From: an uncultured bacterium
GTDB taxonomy: Bacteria; Fidelibacterota; UBA2242
Assembly: GCA_964576275.1 (NCBI GenBank)
Contig: CAZNUN010000003.1
Coordinates: 69,848 to 133,847, forward strand
DNA length: 64,000 nt
Direction: 5' to 3'
In this document: in pieces, positions 57,119-64,000 of the stretch
Position numbering within the stretch: position 1 is the stretch's first letter
How the letters are laid out: each line of letters begins with the position of its first letter
Position numbers and translations under genes: made by a program
Notes under the pieces: generated by a model
What the model saw: only the letters and a program-made list of their open reading frames with translations
What the model was told of the DNA's origin: nothing
The model's database searches: none

Positions 57119-59458
57119 TCAGCTGATGGACTTTTGGAGACGGCTGGCTAACTGACGGGCAATGCTGGCCGGTTCAAATTCCCGATCGGCATTGCTCCAG
57201 ATTTTGAGGGCGGTCTGGACATGCATGGCAGCCGCAGCGGGATCGCCCAGCGCCTGGTAAATTTCCGCCATTTCAAGATGAGCGGCCGGATGGAATGGCA
57301 AGACTTTTAGGGTGGTCGTCAGCAGACTACGAGCTTTCGCAGGATCACCAGCTAGGCGGTAACAGCGCGCTATGTCGATCATGACCGTTACCGCGGTGGG
57401 TTTGATATTCAATTCCTGCTGGTATTCCAAAATAGCGCCGAGATAATCCGATTTCAATTCGCAGATCTGGCCGCGGAGGTGATGAAGGCGGTCGGATTGA
57501 TGATAGCTGCTGAATATTCGGATAGCGTCGGCGAATTTATCCGCTGCTGTTTCGGCGGGAGCCGTTTTGCCGGCGGCGATGTAAAATTCGGCAAATCCGA
57601 CGGAGACCAGTTTGTTCCAGGGAGCTGCCAATTGATTTTCGATTTGGTTCAGATATCGTCCGGCGCCGCCAGCGTCGCCGATTGAAAAGTAACAATTGAG
57701 CGAGCCATCGAAGATCCGGTTGATTGCTACCGTGGCCGGATTGAGAAATTCGGCCTGAGCCTGGAACTTGTCATCCCGGGCGCGAAAGGCTGCCCGGATC
57801 TGGCCAGTCCGTTCGTAATAGTGCTGCAAGGCCTCATAGACCTGACTTCTCTCGTTGGCGGTGCGGGCCTGACGCAAGGCCTTGTGAAGGTCATCTAGCG
57901 CGCTTTCCGATTCACCAGTCTCGAGAGCGATATTGCACAGCTGGATCGCGGCGGTGATGGCCGCCGGTTCAAGGGCCAGAGCGTCGGTATAATATTGTTG
58001 GGCGGTGGTATAGTTACCCATTGTGAAATAGAGGTTTCCAAGGGCAGTGAAAGCCTGATAATCGCCGGGAAAATCCTGTTGGTATTGGGTAAAGTATTTC
58101 AGAGCATTTTTAAAATCGCCGCTCGTCAGATAAATATCGCCAATATACTGTAAATAATAGCGACGACTCGGGTCAAGCTGCATGATAGTATTATATTCAG
58201 CGATGACCTTGTCCGGTTCGTTGCGTTTCAGGTATTCGGCCGCCAGGCTAAAGTGCCCGCGCACATCGCGTGGGTAAAGTTTGACCCACATTTCCAGCAC
58301 GGCAAAACGTTTATCCGGATTTTCAGTGACCTGATAATATTCCTGTTTGATGACCAGGCGGGTCAATTCCGGGACTTTGTAGAGATGCTGCATAGCAGTT
58401 TGCAACGCCGTCAGAGCTTGGGCGGATTGATGGAAGTTGACATAGCAAGCATACAGCATCCAATAGGCCAGAGTGAAGGTCGGATCGAGGTGTACGGCTC
58501 TTTCAAAATAGGGCGTGGCGTCTTGGTAATTATTTTTCAGGTTGACCAGATCGCAACCGAGGAAATAAGCCCGGGCTGCAATCGGATCGTTGGTCAGGAG
58601 AGCCTTAACCGGTAAATCTTCGGTCTGTTCGATGTGCCAGACCGGCAGGCCTAGATCGGTTTTCAATTCTCGCGTGATTCGATCAATTACCACGCAAAAA
58701 TCCTTGTCCCGATAACTATGTTCGGCAATGAGCTTACCATTACCGGTTTCATAGAGATAGGTGCTGACGATGAACGTGTCACCGGCGGTAGTGAAGGAGC
58801 CGCCCAGAAAATATTCGCGCTGGATTTCAGTGGCGATTTTACGTTCGAGCGTCATCGGCAGCCCCGCGCTGTTGGTGAGTCCGGTTTTCAGGATTTTCTG
58901 GTAAATCACATTGTCGGACGCCGAATAAAGCGAGAAAACCGGGTCCTGAGAGAGGTCCAGATGGCATCCGGCCATGAAAGCCGACTGCAACCAGTCAAAT
59001 TGCGTCTGTCCGGCTTGATTACGGAAGAAAAAGATCGCGACTCGGCGGTTGAATTCGCCGGCTGGAACCCGGCGTTTGATCATTTGTCCCAAATCGTTAC
59101 GGACGGTGACTTGGGTGGTGGCGGAACCGAGTTCCTGGCCGGAAAAAATGATGAAGATCATGATGCCGGTGAATAGGATATTGAGTGGAATTCCGATTTT
59201 TTCGGTGCGGGTCCATTCATCGCGGCCGGGCTTACCATGGAAGTAAGCCAGCATACTGACCGTCGGGAGCATTGATAGTAGAACGATCAACCCTAAATCT
59301 GTCAGGTGGGGAGAAATCTGATAATGTTCCACCAGCCAGCTCAGGAATTCCAGGATCGTCCAGCAGACGCCGAAATAAATAAAAATGATTTGTGGCAGGC
59401 GTCTTTCCAGAAGACGTTTCAGAAGAGTCTGTTTTTGAGCGGCTTTCTTTCTGGGCAT
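57119..59458 (-). CDS. Membrane-anchored multi-TPR protein (779 aa)
   Basis: N-terminal basic region plus 3-4 TM helices, then about 600 aa of TPR-like repeats. Confidence 0.6.
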   Translation of the reverse strand: MPRKKAAQKQTLLKRLLERRLPQIIFIYFGVCWTILEFLSWLVEHYQISPHLTDLGLIVLLSMLPTVSMLAYFHGKPGRDEWTRTEKIGIPLNILFTGIMIFIIFSGQELGSATTQVTVRNDLGQMIKRRVPAGEFNRRVAIFFFRNQAGQTQFDWLQSAFMAGCHLDLSQDPVFSLYSASDNVIYQKILKTGLTNSAGLPMTLERKIATEIQREYFLGGSFTTAGDTFIVSTYLYETGNGKLIAEHSYRDKDFCVVIDRITRELKTDLGLPVWHIEQTEDLPVKALLTNDPIAARAYFLGCDLVNLKNNYQDATPYFERAVHLDPTFTLAYWMLYACYVNFHQSAQALTALQTAMQHLYKVPELTRLVIKQEYYQVTENPDKRFAVLEMWVKLYPRDVRGHFSLAAEYLKRNEPDKVIAEYNTIMQLDPSRRYYLQYIGDIYLTSGDFKNALKYFTQYQQDFPGDYQAFTALGNLYFTMGNYTTAQQYYTDALALEPAAITAAIQLCNIALETGESESALDDLHKALRQARTANERSQVYEALQHYYERTGQIRAAFRARDDKFQAQAEFLNPATVAINRIFDGSLNCYFSIGDAGGAGRYLNQIENQLAAPWNKLVSVGFAEFYIAAGKTAPAETAADKFADAIRIFSSYHQSDRLHHLRGQICELKSDYLGAILEYQQELNIKPTAVTVMIDIARCYRLAGDPAKARSLLTTTLKVLPFHPAAHLEMAEIYQALGDPAAAAMHVQTALKIWSNADREFEPASIARQLASRLQKSIS

Positions 59459-59508
59459 TTATCTTTTCACACCGCGTTCTTAGACTCGCTTCCGCCGGAA
59501 TGGTTGCC

Positions 59509-60390
59509 TCAGCCGGAGTATTGTCTTATCGCCGTCCGAATGGCGCGGATATAATCGGGAGTGGTGCCGCAGCAACCGCCGATAATTTCTACGCCGGCGC
59601 TCTTAATGACCATGAGATTGCGGGTATAGATAGCCACATCTTCCGGGTAATGCAGAAGGCCGTTTCGCAGAACCGGAATCCCGGCGTTGGGCTGGATAAT
59701 GACCGGAACCGATACCGCCGCCCGGATCATTTCGGCTAAACGCACCATTTTATCACTGCCGATAGAGCAGTTGGCACCTACAGCGGCGGCACCCGCGCCT
59801 ACCAAAGCCTGCATGGCGTTGCTAACCTGGTTGCCCATCAGGGTCGCAAATCCGGTTGGATTTTGTTCAAAAGTCAAGGTGACGAAGACCGGTTTCCGGG
59901 TGACCTGAAGCGCTCCTTTGAGGGCAGCTAAGGCTTCATTCAAATCAAACATCGTCTCGATAATATACAGATCGACGCCGGCGGTTTCGAGACAGGCTAC
60001 CTGCTCGGCAAAGACAGCCACGGCTTCTTCAAAACCGATCAGGCCGTAAGGCGCCATCATTTCGCCCATCGGCCCAATATCGCCGGCGATAAAATTACCC
60101 GGCTGAGCGGCGGCTTTGGCCGCCTCAACCATGCAGCGATTGATCTCTTCGACGCGTTTCTCCAATCCGTTTTTCTTAAGTTTTTGAGCAGAAGCGCCGA
60201 AGGTATTGGTCGTAATCACATCGGCGCCGGCAGCGACATAATCAGCATGGATTCCGGTAACAACTTCCGGATGTTCCAGACACCATAGCTCGGGCGTCAC
60301 CCCGGAAGGCAGACCGCGCTGCATCAAGAGCGAACCAAAAGCGCCGTCGAACAATAAACCTTTTTCTTTAATCCGGGACAAAATATCCAT
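59509..60390 (-). CDS. Homocysteine S-methyltransferase (MetH N-terminal Hcy-binding-domain-like, stand-alone)
   Basis: Pfam S-methyl_trans-like. Opens LLFDGAFGSLL and ends GGCCGTTPDYIR with the zinc-binding Cys pair. Confidence 0.8.
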   Translation of the reverse strand: MDILSRIKEKGLLFDGAFGSLLMQRGLPSGVTPELWCLEHPEVVTGIHADYVAAGADVITTNTFGASAQKLKKNGLEKRVEEINRCMVEAAKAAAQPGNFIAGDIGPMGEMMAPYGLIGFEEAVAVFAEQVACLETAGVDLYIIETMFDLNEALAALKGALQVTRKPVFVTLTFEQNPTGFATLMGNQVSNAMQALVGAGAAAVGANCSIGSDKMVRLAEMIRAAVSVPVIIQPNAGIPVLRNGLLHYPEDVAIYTRNLMVIKSAGVEIIGGCCGTTPDYIRAIRTAIRQYSG

Positions 60391-60519
60391 AGCATTTCTC
60401 CATTAGTGATGGTAAATGTAAAAACCTTCTAAATAGAAAACAACTTTGTTTATAAAATCGTGCGCCAGCACATTATTATTGCAGTCAATCTCGCTTCGGC
60501 GCCAAAACCTGATTTGGTA

Positions 60520-60558
60520 TTTACTGCAATTTGAAAAATCGTGGCAATGTCGTATTTT
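60520..60558. repeat. Left copy of a roughly 38-nt direct repeat (TTTGAAA..GTGGCAATGTCGTATTTT) flanking the RhuM remnant
   Basis: The 18-nt core GTGGCAATGTCGTATTTT at 60541-60558 is identical to 61102-61119. The flanking TTAC-N-TTTGAAA is also shared. Confidence 0.5.
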
Positions 60559-60584
60559 CCTGTCACCAAGGTAAACTAAAAACG

Positions 60585-61010
60585 ATGCCCCAAAACGAGA
60601 AAATTTTTATTTTTCAACCGCCGGAAGGTTTTCCAGCGCTGGAAGTGCGTCTGGAAGAAGATATGGTTTGGCTTACTCAAAAGCAGATATCTCAACTCTT
60701 TAATGCCGAAAGAAGCGTAATCATAAAGCCTATCAATAACATTTATAAAACCGATGTCCTTCCGAGAAATTCAGTCTGTGCAAAATTTGCACATACTACC
60801 GTCGATGGTAAAACCTATCAGACATAATATTATAATCTCGATATGATTAGTTCCGTCGGTCATCGGATCAATTCTAAGCTGGGCACCCAATTCCGCATCT
60901 GGGCGACGAATGTTCTTAGGCAACATTTCGTCCAGGGCTATACGATCAATGAAAAAAGGCTTACCGAGATCCGCGACAACTTTCGCAGGTTGAAGTCATC
61001 GGTAATCTGA
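60585..61010 (+). pseudogene. RhuM-family (virulence/Fic-DOC-like) gene remnant with an in-frame TAA and a C-terminal truncation
   Basis: ALEVRLEEDMVWLTQKQISQLFNAERSVI...SVCAKFAHTTVDGKTYQT-TAA-YYNLDMISSVGHRINSKLGTQFRIWATNVLRQHFVQGY matches the conserved RhuM N-domain. The stop at 60825 is in frame. The protein ends at about 140 aa, where RhuM normally runs about 330. Confidence 0.55.
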
Positions 61011-61079
61011 TTAATCGCGATAATTAAACCTGAAGATTAAAAAACCAATTTTAGCGTTGCCAAATTGGTTTTGGAAACA

Positions 61080-61119
61080 TTTTACCGTAGTTTGAAATCT
61101 TGTGGCAATGTCGTATTTT
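61080..61119. repeat. Right copy of the direct repeat, about 40 nt upstream of the GH57 gene
   Basis: See the left copy. TTTGAAAT..GTGGCAATGTCGTATTTT fits a Bacteroidota-style -33 TTTG / -7 TAnnTTTG promoter. Confidence 0.5.
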
Positions 61120-61158
61120 TAACGGTCGTTACTTGAAATAATTAAATAAGGATAGATT

Positions 61159-62889
61159 ATGAAAGGCTACTTTTCCTTAGTTCTGCACAGTCATTTACCC
61201 TATGTCATCAATCACGGCGAATGGCCGCACGGCATGGACTGGCTCTATGAAGCCGCTGCCGAAACCTATATTCCGCTCCTATGGGAATTCAATAGTTTAG
61301 TTAGCGACGGTATCAGTCCGAATGTTACGATCGGGATCACGCCCATCTTGGCCGAGCAGCTGGCCGCCGAACGTTTTAAAAATGGCTTTGCCGGTTATCT
61401 GGATGTAAAAATTAAAGCCGCGCTGGAAAACCGGGAGGAGTTTGCCGCAATCGGCAACGAGCACCTGGAAAAGTTAGCCGAAATGTGGGCTGATTATTAC
61501 CAGGGTGTGTCCGATTATCTGAATTCCCTGCCGGACCGAAATATTTTATCCGCCTTCAAGAAACTCCAGGATGAGAATCATCTCGAAATAATCACCTGCG
61601 CCGCCACGCATGGCTATTTTCCATTGCTCGGCAGCGATGAAGCCATCGACGCCCAGGTGCGGGTTGGCAAGGAAACCTACCGGCGTCATTTCGGGCGCGA
61701 TCCGCGCGGCATGTGGCTGCCGGAATGCGCTTACCGCCCGAGTTACAACTGGTCTTCGCCAATCAAGGAATATCCCAAAACTTTTATGCGGCGCGGCGTG
61801 GAGGAATTTCTGTTCAAATATGATATTCAGTATTTCATCGTTGATAAACACCTGATCCTGGGCGGCAAGAACCGGGGCGTTTACATTGATCGCTATGAAT
61901 CCCTCAAACAACTCTGGCAGCAGTTCGAGAAAAACTGGACGCCGCCGGCCGAGGAGAAAGACCGCTCGATCTACCAGCCTTACCTGGTTTCTTCAACCGG
62001 CACCGGGCGGGTGGCAGTGGCTTACGGCCGGCACGAGGAATCCGCCCTGCAGGTCTGGAGCGGCGAATGGGGCTATCCGGGCGACGGGCGCTACCTGGAA
62101 TTTCACAAGAAGCATTTCCCGGGCGGACATCGCTACTGGCGGGTGACCAGCGCCAAAGCCGATTTGGCTGACAAACAGGAATATTCGCCAGCGGAAATCG
62201 AAGAAGCTCTCGAAAACCAGGCCAGTCACTTTGTCGAAGTCCTCCAGAATTATATCGTGAAGAATTATGAGGAAAGCGGCAAAATCGGTGTCCTGACCGC
62301 GCCCTTCGATACGGAACTCTTCGGACACTGGTGGTTCGAAGGCCCGCGCTGGCTCGGGAAAGTTTTGCGGAAAATCAACGCAAATCCTGATATTAAAGCC
62401 ATTTCACTCGGCAATCATTTGTCCGATAACCGTCCGGCGCAGGTCATTAGTATGCCGGAAGGCAGTTGGGGACAAGGTGGTTTCCATTATATTTGGCTGA
62501 ATCAATGGACGGAATGGACCTGGAAACACATTTATGCGGCGGAAGACCAGATGGTGGAACTGGCCGAAAAACACCATGACACCGACGACGCCACTCTGCG
62601 CCGCATCCTGAACGATCTGGCGCGCGAACTCCTGCTGCTGGAAAGTTCCGACTGGCAATTCCTGATCAGCACCTGGAGCGCACGGGATTACGCCGAAGAG
62701 CGGGTCAGCGTGCATCGCGATCAATTCCGCAACCTCGTAAAAATTTTATCCAATTACGAAAACGGCAAAAACCTCTCTGAAACGGATGAAAAGTATCTCG
62801 CGCGCATCGAGCGGGTTGATGATGTTTTTCCAAACCTGGATTATACTTACTGGCGCAAATTGCCGGCGGAGGGAAAATTCAATCAGTAA
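61159..62889 (+). CDS. GH57-family alpha-glucan branching enzyme
   Basis: Hallmark GH57 N-terminus FSLVLHSHLPYV plus catalytic-region blocks. It lies immediately upstream of glgA. Confidence 0.85.
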   Translation: MKGYFSLVLHSHLPYVINHGEWPHGMDWLYEAAAETYIPLLWEFNSLVSDGISPNVTIGITPILAEQLAAERFKNGFAGYLDVKIKAALENREEFAAIGNEHLEKLAEMWADYYQGVSDYLNSLPDRNILSAFKKLQDENHLEIITCAATHGYFPLLGSDEAIDAQVRVGKETYRRHFGRDPRGMWLPECAYRPSYNWSSPIKEYPKTFMRRGVEEFLFKYDIQYFIVDKHLILGGKNRGVYIDRYESLKQLWQQFEKNWTPPAEEKDRSIYQPYLVSSTGTGRVAVAYGRHEESALQVWSGEWGYPGDGRYLEFHKKHFPGGHRYWRVTSAKADLADKQEYSPAEIEEALENQASHFVEVLQNYIVKNYEESGKIGVLTAPFDTELFGHWWFEGPRWLGKVLRKINANPDIKAISLGNHLSDNRPAQVISMPEGSWGQGGFHYIWLNQWTEWTWKHIYAAEDQMVELAEKHHDTDDATLRRILNDLARELLLLESSDWQFLISTWSARDYAEERVSVHRDQFRNLVKILSNYENGKNLSETDEKYLARIERVDDVFPNLDYTYWRKLPAEGKFNQ

Positions 62890-62903
62890 GAGGTAGGGTT
62901 CGA

Positions 62904-64000
62904 ATGAAAATAGTCTTTGTCGCCGCGGAAGCCTTTCCCTTTGCTAAAGTCGGCGGGTTGGGTGACGTGATCGGAGCCTTGCCGCCCGTGCTGGCGGCCA
63001 AGGGTCATGACGTCAAAGTCATTTTACCCGGTCATTTGTCCACCTGGCGTTTCAAAACCGAAAAAATGCCGGGAATCCCTTCTGTTAAAGTCACTCTGGG
63101 AATAGATATAATCGAGTGCCCGGTGCGTGTCTGGCATAATCCTGACTGTCCGACGCACAGTGTTTATTTGATAGATCATGAGGAATTTTTTGGGCGCCGC
63201 AATGTTTATACCGATGAACATGGCGCGGTGTATCCTGACAATCCCGAGCGATTTATCCTTTTTCAGAAAGCCGCCCTGAATTTGGTTGCCGCTTCCGGCT
63301 GGCCGGTTGACATCCTGCATTGCCATGACAATCAAACGGCGCTGATTCCTGTTTATTTGAAAACGACGCTGGCAGAAGAGCCGCAATTCCGGTCAGTCAG
63401 GAGCATTCTGACCCTGCATAACATTGCCTATCAGGGCATTTGTGCGCTGAAATATCAGGAGTTGTGCGGCCTGCCGGAAGAATTGTTCAGACCGACTGGC
63501 GCCCTCGAGTGGTTCGGCCAGTTCAATCCGCTCAAGGGCGGAATCCTGTTCGCCGACGCCGTTACGACCGTCAGTCCGACGCATGCCCGTGAAATTATGG
63601 AGGACCGGGAAATCGGCGCCGGCATGGGTGATATTCTGGCTACCCGGAAAATGGCGGTGCGCGGAATTTTAAATGGGATCGATTATAATGTCTGGGACCC
63701 GGCCGGCGACCGTCATCTGTATGCAAATTTTTCCGAGTTGGATCTCTCCGGTAAACAGATCAATAAGGTCGAGCTGATCCGCGAATTGAAAATCGATCCC
63801 ATGCTGACCATCCGGCCGTTGATTGGAGTCGTATCGCGTTTGGTTGAACAAAAGGGGATTGATTTGCTGATTGCCGGTCTGGAACAGATTTTACAGAAAG
63901 AGACCGGGTTTATCCTTTTAGGAAGCGGCGAGGAGCGCTTTCAGAGCGCATTAACGGATTTAGCCGCCAGGTTTCCGGAGCGCATGATTTACGATTGCGG
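62904..64000 (+). CDS. glgA: Glycogen synthase (5' part; 3' end lies outside the window)
   Basis: MKIVFVAAEAFPFAKVGGLGDV with an intact KxGGL motif. HCHDNQTALIP is present. The ORF runs off the window end. Confidence 0.9.
   Translation, partial: MKIVFVAAEAFPFAKVGGLGDVIGALPPVLAAKGHDVKVILPGHLSTWRFKTEKMPGIPSVKVTLGIDIIECPVRVWHNPDCPTHSVYLIDHEEFFGRRNVYTDEHGAVYPDNPERFILFQKAALNLVAASGWPVDILHCHDNQTALIPVYLKTTLAEEPQFRSVRSILTLHNIAYQGICALKYQELCGLPEELFRPTGALEWFGQFNPLKGGILFADAVTTVSPTHAREIMEDREIGAGMGDILATRKMAVRGILNGIDYNVWDPAGDRHLYANFSELDLSGKQINKVELIRELKIDPMLTIRPLIGVVSRLVEQKGIDLLIAGLEQILQKETGFILLGSGEERFQSALTDLAARFPERMIYDC

Noticed and set aside
1-64000. Presence of tRNA, rRNA or CRISPR loci.
   Set aside because: By-eye scanning of the intergenic gaps (all under 330 nt) found no cloverleaf-compatible segment, no rRNA-like conserved stretch and no repeat-spacer array. 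A proper tRNA scan was not run.

Overview
This 64 kb window is a chromosomal segment from a Gram-negative, roughly 55% GC bacterium. The gene content points to an uncultivated FCB-group lineage with a type IX secretion system (T9SS). That content includes a T9SS C-terminal sorting domain, PorV-like outer-membrane barrels, BamD, Na+-NQR and KduI.

Most of the window is housekeeping. It carries the nqrF 3' end, eda-kduI, purN-purH, the complete elongasome operon (mreBCD-mrdA-rodA), rpiB-glyA-nrdR, pckG, asnB, and a cluster of rpmE, a DUF1385 gene, prfA, prmC, a UbiA-family gene, dnaE, dtd and radC. It ends with a GH57 branching enzyme and the 5' part of glgA.

The less ordinary islands are listed here.
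- An outer-membrane and lipoprotein cluster at 10.6-16.2 kb includes a degenerate GlgA N-domain paralog.
- A T9SS-associated block at 18.7-28 kb holds a PorV-like barrel, a very large cargo protein with a degenerate M6-like peptidase motif, and an unusual protein fusing an HExxH domain, a TolB-like propeller and an Omp85-like barrel.
- A sigma-54 two-component system lies upstream of two small secreted proteins built from calcium-binding DxDGDG repeats, plus an outer-membrane barrel (32.5-38 kb).
- A classical Trp-codon leader-peptide attenuator (four consecutive TGG codons) sits upstream of trpB2.
- An unannotated IscA/HesB-like ORF carries an in-frame TGA exactly at the conserved active-site Cys position, making it a candidate selenoprotein.
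- nadD has no canonical start codon.
- A decayed RhuM-family pseudogene is flanked by roughly 38-nt direct repeats.
- An ECF sigma / anti-sigma / thiol-redox cluster sits on the minus strand at 55-57 kb.

No rRNA, tRNA or CRISPR arrays were recognised by eye. All identifications rest on motif recognition and by-eye alignment to well-known families; no database search was run. Gene starts are best guesses.
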